A stretch of DNA of 64,000 nt from Candidatus Bathyarchaeota archaeon. Lineage in GTDB: Archaea; Thermoproteota; Bathyarchaeia; 40CM-2-53-6. Location of the stretch: positions 1,088,001 to 1,152,000 of the forward strand of contig CAVTBR010000001.1 of NCBI GenBank assembly GCA_963733055.1, read 5' to 3'. The translations under genes and the position numbers were made by a program. This document shows positions 28,505 to 37,985 of this stretch, piece by piece (position 1 is the stretch's first letter; each line of letters starts with the position of its first letter). Below the pieces are notes generated by a model, which worked only from the letters and a program-made list of their open reading frames with translations, was not told the origin of the DNA and ran no database searches.

Positions 28505-29530
28505 TTGAGCGAGTTGGTTGTGGCGAGTGAAGTAAAGGAAACGGCTCCGACTGGAATTTACGCGAAACCTGAGGCACGGAAGCTTCTGGAATTTCTACTC
28601 GAATTCCCTCAAACCATACTGACGGCAACGCTACTTCCCTCGGACGAGTTCAGATTCGAGCAGGTCGAAAAAATCCTAGGCGAAACCTCTACAGATGTCG
28701 TTCAATTGCTTGACGAAATGACCTCCGCCAACGTCCTAATCTCTCAGCTCGTCGACAAGGTCCCCGCCTGTCCGAACTGTGACTCAACGCAGGTGAGTAC
28801 ACGTTATTTCTGCCCGCAATGCGCCTCGCACGATATCAACCGTACACACCTTTTCGAGCACCTGAAGTGCGGTAAAGTGGGGAACGAGGAGAGCTTCAGG
28901 AAAGGGGAGCAGATAATCTGCCCCAAGTGCCAAACCGTACTCCATGATTTCGGGGTGGAGTACAGGGCTATCGGTGTCTGGTATGAATGTAATAAGTGCA
29001 AGAACTCGTTCAACAACCCAAACCACTCACACTTCTGCAGACCAAAACACCACGAGTTCCCAACCGAGCGCGTAACTCTCGTCCCAGTCTACCAATACGA
29101 GCTTAACAGAGACTTGATGGACAGCATCAGGCGAGAAGTGCTCGTTTACGCGGACGCAATCGCGTACCTAGAAAACTTAGGCTTGACCGTGAAAGCACCA
29201 TACTCGCTTGTGGGTAAATCGGGTCAGTCCCATTCTTTCAATATCGTGCTGACCTTGGCAAAGAAAGGTTGGAGGGGCGAAGAAAGAACCGTCGCGATCG
29301 ATGTGATCGTCAAAGGTTACGCAACAGAACCGGACGTTTTCAAGAATTACATCGCCAAAGCGAGAGACGTGAAACCTTCCCAAGCATATCTTATCGCTAC
29401 GCCTGCCTTACCGGAAGACACCAAGGCGCTGCTTAAGGACGCAAAACTACCATTCTTCGAGGGACCATCACTTAGGGAGGCTATGCAAGCCTTCTGCGAC
29501 GGAAGCGTACTGAAGGAACACTTGACCTAA
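28505..29530 (+). CDS. Second TackOD1-like Cys-rich + degenerate Mrr-like domain protein
   Basis: CPNCDS..CPQCAS..EHLKCG..CPKCQ..CNKCK..C; GKSGQSHSFNIV..VAIDV. Confidence 0.78.
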   Translation: MSELVVASEVKETAPTGIYAKPEARKLLEFLLEFPQTILTATLLPSDEFRFEQVEKILGETSTDVVQLLDEMTSANVLISQLVDKVPACPNCDSTQVSTRYFCPQCASHDINRTHLFEHLKCGKVGNEESFRKGEQIICPKCQTVLHDFGVEYRAIGVWYECNKCKNSFNNPNHSHFCRPKHHEFPTERVTLVPVYQYELNRDLMDSIRREVLVYADAIAYLENLGLTVKAPYSLVGKSGQSHSFNIVLTLAKKGWRGEERTVAIDVIVKGYATEPDVFKNYIAKARDVKPSQAYLIATPALPEDTKALLKDAKLPFFEGPSLREAMQAFCDGSVLKEHLT

Positions 29531-29556
29531 GCCAGGTCCCCGGAGGCCAACTGAAG

Positions 29557-30039
29557 ATGTTAGGGCGCAGAGGAGCTTCCGAAATCATAGCCGCTATGCT
29601 ATTGATTCTGATAACCGTAGCGGCGGCAGTTCTATTGTACGCTTACTCCTCAGGCCTCATGGGACGCCTCCAAGGCGCAGCCGTTTCACAACCGTACCTA
29701 GAACAGGTCTCATTAGACTACTACGATTGGACCTCTTGCAACTCCAACCCTTGCCCCCCCTTAACCACCCAGCTGAACCTAACTCTCAGAAACGTTGGAG
29801 CAGCTAAGGTGACGATGTCCGATTTCTACATCTCAGGAACCAGAAATACAACCGCCCTCAAGTTTGGGACCGGATGCAAGTCGCCACAAGGCGTGTTGAA
29901 CGTGCAAGGGACATGCTGGGTGTCTTTCCCGTTACCGACCGGCTTCTCGGCCAGTCCCGGTATCGCCTATACGGTGAAGATCGTATCAAGGGACGGCGCA
30001 ATCTTCTCCTATTCTTGTATCGCTGGACAAGCAGCGTAA
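29557..30039 (+). CDS. Archaeal type IV pilin
   Basis: Class III signal peptide RRG|ASEIIAAMLLILITVAAA; YDW..LRNVG..YTVKIVSRDG head domain. Confidence 0.9.
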   Translation: MLGRRGASEIIAAMLLILITVAAAVLLYAYSSGLMGRLQGAAVSQPYLEQVSLDYYDWTSCNSNPCPPLTTQLNLTLRNVGAAKVTMSDFYISGTRNTTALKFGTGCKSPQGVLNVQGTCWVSFPLPTGFSASPGIAYTVKIVSRDGAIFSYSCIAGQAA

Positions 30040-30157
30040 CTCAAGGAGAATCGCCGTATGCTTTGCTGACTGCAAATCCAGTTGTTGGACTTATTGGTCA
30101 CTCAAATCTGAATATAACTTTTTTATAGCTATTCGTTATACATTCGCCAGATGCGAA

Positions 30158-30415
30158 ATGACCCAGGAAAAGCTTCTGCTAAGGCTAAGTGGAACAACTG
30201 CTGAAATTCTTAACGAGCTCGTTCAGAGAGGTTACTTTGGCACAAAATCAGAGGCCCTCCGAGCCGGGATCCTGAAGCTCGGCGAATCTTACGGGCTGAT
30301 CAGGCCTGCAAGCGACTACTGGAAGCAACTCGGCGAAGCGGTCAGCAGAAGTGGCAAGAAACTGTCCCACGCGGAAATCACTCGGGCGTTGAGAAGACTT
30401 GAGCAAGAGGCCTAG
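30158..30415 (+). CDS. Ribbon-helix-helix antitoxin (VapB/CopG-like)
   Basis: LNELVQRGYFGTKSEALRAGI. Confidence 0.82.
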   Translation: MTQEKLLLRLSGTTAEILNELVQRGYFGTKSEALRAGILKLGESYGLIRPASDYWKQLGEAVSRSGKKLSHAEITRALRRLEQEA

Positions 30416-30839
30416 CGTGGCCTTCCTCGACTCCAACGTTTTCATTTATGGGCGTCTGGAAGCCTGCAATTCGAGGTTGGTCATACTTCTCGCGCAGCTG
30501 GGAGAATTCGAGGTGGTTGTTTCGGACCTCGTTGTAGAGGAAGTTGAGCGCTTCTTCAGGGAGGAAGTGAGCAGAGAAGCGGCATACCTCGCCAGACGGT
30601 TTATTGAAACCCTTGCCCAGAGAATAGTCCACCGCGAAATCACGTCGCGGAAAATGAGAGAGTTGAAGGGCACAATTAAGGAAAAAGACCTTGAAAACCT
30701 TGTCGCGTTGAGACATCTCAAGCTCGAGTACCTCGTCTCCTTCGACGAAGATTACAAGAAGGCTCGTGTAAGAGAATACATCACCCCGAAGGAGTTTGTA
30801 AAACTGTTCAGCATGGAGCCCTATCCGACCTACTATTGA
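30399..30839 (+). CDS. vapC: PIN-domain toxin
   Basis: FLDSNVF, E, KD, LVSFDED. Confidence 0.88.
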   Translation: MSKRPSVAFLDSNVFIYGRLEACNSRLVILLAQLGEFEVVVSDLVVEEVERFFREEVSREAAYLARRFIETLAQRIVHREITSRKMRELKGTIKEKDLENLVALRHLKLEYLVSFDEDYKKARVREYITPKEFVKLFSMEPYPTYY

Positions 30840-31089
30840 ACGAGAGGGAAGGATTCTGGGTACCAGAGATTCGTGATATCTCAGGCTCTCTTAGGAATGA
30901 TCTTTTTCGAGAGGGACCCTCGTCTCAGAAGCCGCCGTCCTCACGTGCCTTCTTCGCTGACTGAACGCTTATCTACATTGCGGATGCATGATCGAAGTTT
31001 AGTCGTGATCTCAGATATTTCTTGGTAACTCGTATTCTTCTCACAGCTTATTGCCAAGACGTTATTCTCAATCGTCGTAATATAGAGTG

Positions 31090-32313
31090 TCAAGGAGTGA
31101 ATGTGGCGCAGGGTCGCGCGTAGAGGCCGGCTGTAAATCCGAGAAGTGATGAATATCCGATGCCTGGCGCTGCATTGTTTATGGCTATGCTGCCCACGAA
31201 TATCGCCCCGTTCGGTACTCCGCCGCTGGAAAGACTTTGGTCATACGTTGCCAGTTGAAATAGCGCTATGAATGTGCCATTCATTCCACTGGCTGCGTTT
31301 GGGTTCAAGGGGTCTATTGTTGCGGTCGCACTTAGAGTGGGTGAAGTGACGGGGTAGTATGCCCCGACATAGGGACCGCCGATGAAGTACATCTTTGAAT
31401 TCGACCCTGAGTCGGCTGCCTCTAGAATGATCGTGCCGTGGCTCACTTGGAGAGTGCCTCCGGAGGTATTGTTCAGTCTGACATAAACATAAATGAGTTC
31501 AGAGGGGCTGCTCGCAGCAGCATTCTGGATGATTGTAGGATCAACCCAGGGGTTCACGAAATAGAGGGTCCCCACGGAGCTCGGTCCGGATCGGGGCTCA
31601 GGGGCTTCGGCATGGCATGTAGATGACTGACTACTGTCAACGGGAAGAGAACAATTTGAGGAGGTACACCAAGCGATCTTAGTATCTCCTCTGATTAGGT
31701 TCGGTACAAAGCCGGGGATGGCCAGGGGGTTCGCCGCGAAAGGAAATTGGAAATTGAAGATTCGCCCTCTCGAGGTAACAATCCAGAGAGTGTTAGCGGG
31801 AGAGGAAGGTCCCTGGAGGCCGGAGTTCGGCAAATTGAAGGGTAGCCAGAAACGGACAGTATGGTTAAACTCCCCCGCGTTGAGATAAGAGTCGCTTTGG
31901 CTGAACCTGAAGTTGGCGGGCAAATTCGCTAGAGGGGCTGGTCCCAAAGCACACGGTCCTATGTTTCCTGTTGGAGGAGCAAAAGTGCACCCCGCAGCCC
32001 CCCCTATTGTTGTATTAATATACACTTGCACGATCTGAATGGCCACACCACCCTGATTGCTTAACAACATATCGTATTGACATACCGTACACAGACTAGG
32101 ACTGATTTGGATCAGTCCGGGATATACGGCCGTGAGATTCTCGGATAAGCGGTCAATGTTCTGCTGATTCATACCATAATTGAGATTTTCGTAGATGTCG
32201 TATTGCCGACCGATTAATACCAGACTAGTGAACGCACTGAGAAACAGGGTGAGAATTATGATTCCGCCGAGGATGCTGCTGACCGCCCGCCTCCGAAACC
32301 GTACTCGGTGCAA
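31090..32313 (-). CDS. Large pilin-like adhesin 3 (class III signal peptide)
   Basis: RRRA|VSSILGGIIIL; paralog of the next two genes. Confidence 0.85.
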   Translation of the reverse strand: MHRVRFRRRAVSSILGGIIILTLFLSAFTSLVLIGRQYDIYENLNYGMNQQNIDRLSENLTAVYPGLIQISPSLCTVCQYDMLLSNQGGVAIQIVQVYINTTIGGAAGCTFAPPTGNIGPCALGPAPLANLPANFRFSQSDSYLNAGEFNHTVRFWLPFNLPNSGLQGPSSPANTLWIVTSRGRIFNFQFPFAANPLAIPGFVPNLIRGDTKIAWCTSSNCSLPVDSSQSSTCHAEAPEPRSGPSSVGTLYFVNPWVDPTIIQNAAASSPSELIYVYVRLNNTSGGTLQVSHGTIILEAADSGSNSKMYFIGGPYVGAYYPVTSPTLSATATIDPLNPNAASGMNGTFIALFQLATYDQSLSSGGVPNGAIFVGSIAINNAAPGIGYSSLLGFTAGLYARPCATFTP

Positions 32314-32333
32314 TTAGACATTACCCGCCTTAC

Positions 32334-33584
32334 TTAGCAGCCGCTGCTCCGGACATAGAGGCCGTCCACAGCAATCACGAAGCCTTGGTATCCACCACCT
32401 ATTGTACCAGAGGCGGCGCCATAGGCTGGGCCTAGGTTGTTTACGGTTGCGGTACCAGTAAACATGTCTCCTGATCCGGAAGGCGAATAACTTTTCGGGT
32501 TCGGATAATCGGAGAACATTATTTTGAATATTAGGTAGAAAGTTTGACCGGGTTGTACAACCACGTTAGTTCCGTATGGGTAAAACTGATTGTTCACGAC
32601 CGTACCAACGTAGGGTCCGCCGAGAAAGAGTTGATCTCCATTTGAGGTCGAGCTAGCTGTCAGGATCGTCATTTGCCCCCAACTGAAGCTTATTGGGTTA
32701 CTGAGAGTGTTCGCGCTGTAGACCGAGACGAAAAAGCACTGTGCGCAAGGCGGGGAGAATGACTGGGAGAGTTGGGCTGACTTTGGAATAGTAATTGAGT
32801 ATACAATCGTGGGAGTTGTCCACGGGTTCAAGAAGTAGAGTGGGCCCGTCCCTCCCGCAGTCAACGGTTGGGGTGTCTCCTTATGGCACGGGTCGTTCTG
32901 GCTGTTGTACGCGCCGGTCGTGCCATTATAGGCGATCTTCATTGACCCGGCCTCGATGTTTAGTGGAGTGCCGGTGCCGCCTACCCCTTGACTTGTTGCC
33001 GGGAAGGGCCAGTTGAATGAAAATACTCGTCCTCGACTCGTGACTATCCAGATGCTATCGCTAGGAGTGAGAGTTACATTCGGAAGAGGCGTGATGCTTT
33101 GAGGGAGCCACAAACGCACGACGTGGTTGAACTCCCCTGACGAAATAAAGGAGTCGCTCTGGGCAAAGCTGAAGGATGTGATGCTACCGCTCGGATTGAG
33201 CACGCAAGGTCCGGGCGGAGTAATCGATGTTGTGCAACCATTTTGGCTCGGCTGACTAGATTGGGCCGTTGAGTTTATGTAGACTCTCGCGATTTGAACT
33301 CCGACCCCACCCTCATTCGCGAGAGACATGTTATACTGGTTGAGGTTGCACCCGGTACCGCATTTGGCTGGAAACCCGCCTACTAGTCCAGGATAAAGGG
33401 CCACGACCGCTTCAGAGGCGCGGTTGACATCCTTCTGCGCCATCGTCTCAGCAAGGTTCTCGTATGCATCATACCGTTGATTGACGACTACCGTCGTCGT
33501 TAAGCTAAAGATGATGATGGACAAGGCAATGATACCGCCAAGTATGTTACTGACGGCGCGACGCCCAAACCGAAGACTAAGCAA
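32334..33584 (-). CDS. Large pilin-like adhesin 2 (class III signal peptide)
   Basis: GRRA|VSNILGGIIAL; shared YPGL, WIVTSRGR, CH.E, NPW and GGPYVG motifs. Confidence 0.85.
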   Translation of the reverse strand: MLSLRFGRRAVSNILGGIIALSIIIFSLTTTVVVNQRYDAYENLAETMAQKDVNRASEAVVALYPGLVGGFPAKCGTGCNLNQYNMSLANEGGVGVQIARVYINSTAQSSQPSQNGCTTSITPPGPCVLNPSGSITSFSFAQSDSFISSGEFNHVVRLWLPQSITPLPNVTLTPSDSIWIVTSRGRVFSFNWPFPATSQGVGGTGTPLNIEAGSMKIAYNGTTGAYNSQNDPCHKETPQPLTAGGTGPLYFLNPWTTPTIVYSITIPKSAQLSQSFSPPCAQCFFVSVYSANTLSNPISFSWGQMTILTASSTSNGDQLFLGGPYVGTVVNNQFYPYGTNVVVQPGQTFYLIFKIMFSDYPNPKSYSPSGSGDMFTGTATVNNLGPAYGAASGTIGGGYQGFVIAVDGLYVRSSGC

Positions 33585-33605
33585 ACAATCTCGCCCGCAT
33601 TTACA

Positions 33606-34778
33606 TTAAGTGCAACCAGTTCTCACGTAGAGGCCGTTCAGGAAGACGTCTATTTGCCGGAAGCTGGCATCTTCACCCGAAGCCCCATATCCGTTGTTCA
33701 TGGCGGCCGTCCCTGAGAACGAGTCTCCCGGAGGGGTAGGCGTCTTTGGCGACAGATTTTGTTGCGTTATTTGAAAGATTAGGTAGTAGTCGTTGCCGGG
33801 GTTTATGGCCACATTCGTTCCCCTGGCAGCGAAGTGACGAACTCCCGATTGATTGTACACTATTCCTACATAGGGACCGCCAATGTACCATGGTTTAGAT
33901 GAAGAGGCGGCATCAGCTGTTAGAATTACCATCCCTCCCCAGCTGAAGGTTACCGGCACGCTCAAAGAATTAGAGGAGTACACGGCGACGTAGAGATCCG
34001 TGCTACCCGCCGCCAGGTCACTCATCACAGTTGATGTAATCCAAGGATTTACGTAGTGAAGTGTGGTACTCGCTCCTCCGGCGGGCAATGTGGTTCCTTT
34101 TTCAGTATGACAAGCGTCCGATGCGCTATTGTCAGTCCCGTTATATGCGACAGCCATAACTCCCGCGTAGATCGTTGGCGGACTTCCGGCTCCTGGAACG
34201 CCTTGGCCTGCGGGTGGGAAGGGCCAGTTGAATGAGAAGACTCGGCCGCGATTTGTTACGATCCAGATGCTGTTGCTTGGTGTGAGAGTCACGTTTGGAA
34301 GAGTAACCGTCTGAGGAAGCCACAAGCGAACAATATGGTTAGTTTCTCCCGGGTTAATGTAGGAATCATACGAGTCGAAGCCGAAGGGTGTAGGGCTTGA
34401 TTGTGGAGTCAGAATGCATAGGCTCTTGATTTTGGTGTTCGTTGGTGTGCACCCCGGAGGCTGCGCGGTCGAGTTGATGTAAATTCGAGCGAGCTGAACG
34501 GCAATATTGCCAATGTTGGCTAGTGACATATTGTACTGATTACATGTACTGCAGCCGCTTGCCTGAAATCCTCCCTTCAGACCCGGATAAACCGGCTGGA
34601 TTTTCTCTGCGTTGCGGTTGATGTCTAGCTGCGACATTGAGTCGACAGTACTTTGATAGGTATCGAATTGTTGAGTGAAAGCGACCATCGCGCCGAGCGC
34701 TATTAGGAAGAGGGCAAGGACAATGATGCCACTTATCATGTTACTGACGGCCCTGCGACCTACCCGCAACTTTCCCAA
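33606..34778 (-). CDS. Large pilin-like adhesin 1 (class III signal peptide)
   Basis: TTG 34778, MGKLRVGRRA|VSNMISGIIVL; same shared motifs. Confidence 0.85.
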   Translation of the reverse strand: MGKLRVGRRAVSNMISGIIVLALFLIALGAMVAFTQQFDTYQSTVDSMSQLDINRNAEKIQPVYPGLKGGFQASGCSTCNQYNMSLANIGNIAVQLARIYINSTAQPPGCTPTNTKIKSLCILTPQSSPTPFGFDSYDSYINPGETNHIVRLWLPQTVTLPNVTLTPSNSIWIVTNRGRVFSFNWPFPPAGQGVPGAGSPPTIYAGVMAVAYNGTDNSASDACHTEKGTTLPAGGASTTLHYVNPWITSTVMSDLAAGSTDLYVAVYSSNSLSVPVTFSWGGMVILTADAASSSKPWYIGGPYVGIVYNQSGVRHFAARGTNVAINPGNDYYLIFQITQQNLSPKTPTPPGDSFSGTAAMNNGYGASGEDASFRQIDVFLNGLYVRTGCT

Positions 34779-34791
34779 GGTATCTTGTCCC

Positions 34792-35307
34792 CTATGGCCC
34801 GCGAGCCGTGGCCATGACTTGATTACCGCGCTGGGTCGCAACAATGATCGTGAAGACTGTCCCTGAAGTCCAAGTACTTCCATAATTCAAGTTGAATTCA
34901 ACTACTTGCTGAACTCCGAGATCAAGCTTGGTGCTGGATGTAGGCGGGACTGGGCAAGGGTTCATGTTCAGGCAGAGCCAAGGTTGGGGTGGGCCAAAGG
35001 ATAGCCCCGGATTCCCATTAACGTAAATGGCCGAGATTACTACGTCTATTAAACCCACGTTTCTCACAAAAATCATTATGTTATGATTGGTCCCCGTCGA
35101 GTTGAAGAACACCTCCTCAATGACGAATCTTTCCTGAAGCGCTTGGCCCCTCTGCGAGAAGAAGAGTTGGGAGCCGCTACTGAACGCCCCAAACGATGTA
35201 CCAGCCCACGCCACCAATATCGCCGCAAGTGACATAGTTATCAGAATCATCAGCATGTTCGCGATTACAGTACTAACGCCTAATCTATTCCTCCATTTTC
35301 TTCTCAT
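34792..35307 (-). CDS. Minor type IV pilin
   Basis: NRLG|VSTVIANMLMILIT; ERFVIE..VRNVG..IYVNG..VATQRGN. Confidence 0.88.
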   Translation of the reverse strand: MRRKWRNRLGVSTVIANMLMILITMSLAAILVAWAGTSFGAFSSGSQLFFSQRGQALQERFVIEEVFFNSTGTNHNIMIFVRNVGLIDVVISAIYVNGNPGLSFGPPQPWLCLNMNPCPVPPTSSTKLDLGVQQVVEFNLNYGSTWTSGTVFTIIVATQRGNQVMATARGP

Positions 35308-35573
35308 GCACCTGCCCTCCGACCGGGAGCCTTGTCATGAATCTGGTTGGCGGATGAAAGGCCGTGCGGTTGAGTCCTGAGCCCATTGTAGTCGATTAGT
35401 ATGAGATCCATAGCGTTATCCGGAATCAGCACATCTATTGATTCGTTGAGCTTTACAGGCCCAATCCTTTGCGTCAAGTCCGACCCGCAGCCGAGAAGTT
35501 TAGCTAATGCTTTGCATATGCTTGCTGTACCCTCAATTGCCGCCTTACGGTAACAGCTGAGAGTCGTCGACAT
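35304..35573 (-). CDS. Small hypothetical protein within the pilus operon
   Basis: Fills the gap between methyltransferase and pilin; ATGA overlap with the pilin start. Confidence 0.4.
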   Translation of the reverse strand: MSTTLSCYRKAAIEGTASICKALAKLLGCGSDLTQRIGPVKLNESIDVLIPDNAMDLILIDYNGLRTQPHGLSSANQIHDKAPGRRAGA

Positions 35574-35610
35574 TGATGCTCCTCAAGTACTGCTGGTCAT
35601 AAGACCGATT

Positions 35611-36138
35611 TTATCGTTTTATGTAGAGATGAGTCCAGAAATGGCCGGTTTTCGCCCTAGCGGTCTCGGGGAGGTTGAAGGTATGATCAGCTGATATAAT
35701 CCTAGTTCCGTCCCTCAATTCCTTGCGAAGTTTAGGTTCGAGCTTGCAGTTTATCTTTCGGGAAAGGTAGGCCGTAACTATTGTTGCTTGTGACAAATCT
35801 TGCCCAAAGAAATCCGCGTTTACTATGCGGACTCTATTTTGCACTCCGTTCTCTTTGATCGCCATCTTGCTCAACCATGCGAGGATCCTGCTCTTCTCTA
35901 TCCCGACAGCTTGGGTTCCGTAGTTCTTGGCCGCGGCGATCACAACCCTCCCATTCCCGCTCCCCAAATCAAAAAGCAAATCGTCAGGTCTTGCGTCCGC
36001 CATTCTCAACATTTTGTCGATCGTTTTCTGCGATAAAGGTATGAAAACCGCTTGGTTCCTAGCGAGCAGGGCGAAGAAATAGGCGAGGATAACAAGCGCT
36101 AGCCCAGTGGCAATGGTGAGGATTAGAGGCAGAGCCAT
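35611..36138 (-). CDS. Membrane-anchored class I SAM methyltransferase (FAM173/aKMT-like protein methyltransferase)
   Basis: N-terminal TM; FIP..DLGSGNGRVV..ATIVTAYL..LEPKL..GTRIIS. Confidence 0.88.
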   Translation of the reverse strand: MALPLILTIATGLALVILAYFFALLARNQAVFIPLSQKTIDKMLRMADARPDDLLFDLGSGNGRVVIAAAKNYGTQAVGIEKSRILAWLSKMAIKENGVQNRVRIVNADFFGQDLSQATIVTAYLSRKINCKLEPKLRKELRDGTRIISADHTFNLPETARAKTGHFWTHLYIKR

Positions 36139-36177
36139 ATTCGATCGCCCACCGCGGCAACGTGTTTTCTCAATCTT

Positions 36178-37059
36178 CTACAAACCCCAGACGAAGATGA
36201 AGAACGCCATGAACGTGATGAGGAGCAAGGCGACCGTGTGCTTCAAGCCAGCGCCAAGTTTTCCCTCGCTCATCTTGCCCGCGATTAGACCTCCGAAGAT
36301 CGCTTGTATGATGGTGGCGTGGAAGAGTATTGTTTTCAGAAGTGCGATGTTGATGCTTCCTATCCCGCCGAACACGCTGCCACCGCCACCTGCGGTTTGG
36401 AGAACGCTGGCCTGCATATTGACGATCTGCGTGAAGAATGTCTGGATTAGCATGATATCTGTGAATAGGAAGACGCCAAAAGCGATGTAGACGACGACTG
36501 CGTAAGGCCTCATCTGGGCGTATCTTTCTCGGTCTATGGTCTGTAGTTCACCAATGTGTTTGTTCACCTGCTCCATTATCTCTTGCGTGTCCCCGCCAGA
36601 CCTCGCGACCTCGGTAATCAATGTGGCCGTTCTTTGTGCGAGTTTCGTTCTTGCCCGCGTCGCGAACGCCCGCATTGCCTCATCGAGGGTTGCGCCCCAG
36701 GAGAGCTGGGCTAGGAGCCGTTTCAGTTCCGGAGTTAACGGGCCGTAGTCCCTCTCGGAAGAAACCTCAATTGCTCTAGTCAGAGTCAAACCAGTTCTGC
36801 CTGACTCCGCTATCTCTCGCAAAAGTCTTGGGATGTTCCTGTCTATTCCACGCTGCCACCTCAGGTCGAGGTATTCAACGGTCGCGGGCGGGAACAGGCA
36901 TATGATCAATCCGAACACGAGAAGTTGGTCCCATTTCAACGGCAGGGTTACACCTCGAAACAGAATGAGAGTTGCAATGGTAGCTATCACTATCAAAGCC
37001 CCTAGGGAGCCAGAGACGATTGCAACCAGTCGTTTCTCTCTAGGTTCGATCTTTGGCAT
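36178..37059 (-). CDS. tadC: Type IV pilus membrane platform protein (TadC/T2SSF)
   Basis: T2SSF domain; GLIAGKMSEG..AGLKH C-terminus. Confidence 0.9.
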   Translation of the reverse strand: MPKIEPREKRLVAIVSGSLGALIVIATIATLILFRGVTLPLKWDQLLVFGLIICLFPPATVEYLDLRWQRGIDRNIPRLLREIAESGRTGLTLTRAIEVSSERDYGPLTPELKRLLAQLSWGATLDEAMRAFATRARTKLAQRTATLITEVARSGGDTQEIMEQVNKHIGELQTIDRERYAQMRPYAVVVYIAFGVFLFTDIMLIQTFFTQIVNMQASVLQTAGGGGSVFGGIGSINIALLKTILFHATIIQAIFGGLIAGKMSEGKLGAGLKHTVALLLITFMAFFIFVWGL

Positions 37060-37060
37060 A

Positions 37061-37982
37061 CTAATCCTCCACCAAGATGCCGTCGAGCATCACGATAACG
37101 ACGGCCGCACATATCGGAATGATTCCATAAGTCACAAGCGTCATCATGGTAATGACAGAAAATCCTCCAAGCCCACCTCCAATCATGGCCATGACCGAGA
37201 ACATCACAATGATCAGCAGCGGGAATACCACGAGTAGAGTAACATAGACCTCGGCAAAGGCAGCGAGGCCTTCAAGCAGTTGTTTCGCCGCCACCCGGCG
37301 CAGGTCCATCATGACGCGAGTCGCATCGAGCAGGTAGCCCTTCATGTTCCCCCCCGACCGAATCGTCGCCACTAAGCCCTCCAAAACTTCGGCGAAAACT
37401 TTGGACGGAGAACGTTCCCGCTCGGCCTCTAGAGCGGTGATAACGTCGTTTCCTAGTATCTCCACATCCCTCACTATCTCGTTCGATTCAGAGGCGACTT
37501 CAGGCGTGGTTCGTGAATCTTCGAGAAGTTTGAACATGCGCGCCGGTGGCATTCCGGCGGCAGCTAGAATTGACAGGTGGCTTGTCACGTACGGGAGTTC
37601 TAAGTCCATTCTCTTGCGACGGCTAGTAGCGAGGAAGCCTGGAAGCCCATAGAGCATCCCGAAGACGAGAGCGCCTGAAAGAATACTCGCCCCAAAACGC
37701 GAACAAAATTGCCAGGAAGATAGGAAGGCCAAACACGATCGCCACAGCTAGAGTGGCCGAGAAACCCGTAATGAACGATAGAGCCGATAACAGCACGGTC
37801 ATGCTTGCGTATGAATGCAGGCTGATTTTGATTCCTGCCTTCTGGAGGTTTGACCCGAGGTCGGCGAAATGCGGGAGATACTTTTGCATCCTTGTTCCGA
37901 GGTACTGGAAAGCAAGCAACCAAGGCGCTCTGAGGGCTGATACGGTGCCTTCCTGAGTCGCCTTCTTCGGAGTCTTGGTCAT
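37061..37982 (-). CDS. tadB: Type IV pilus platform protein (TadB/T2SSF), split by a +1 frameshift at about 37692
   Basis: ORFs 37623-37982 (NLQKAGI..Y) and 37061-37732 (ELPY..AAAG..G.D..AL..SPS) join at GCG TTT TGG GGC. Confidence 0.88.
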
Positions 37983-37985
37983 GTT

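Noticed and set aside
34778-34883. Apparent overlap or frameshift between the minor pilin and adhesin 1
   Set aside because: TTG 34778 gives a proper class III signal peptide; the ORF-track extension is spurious
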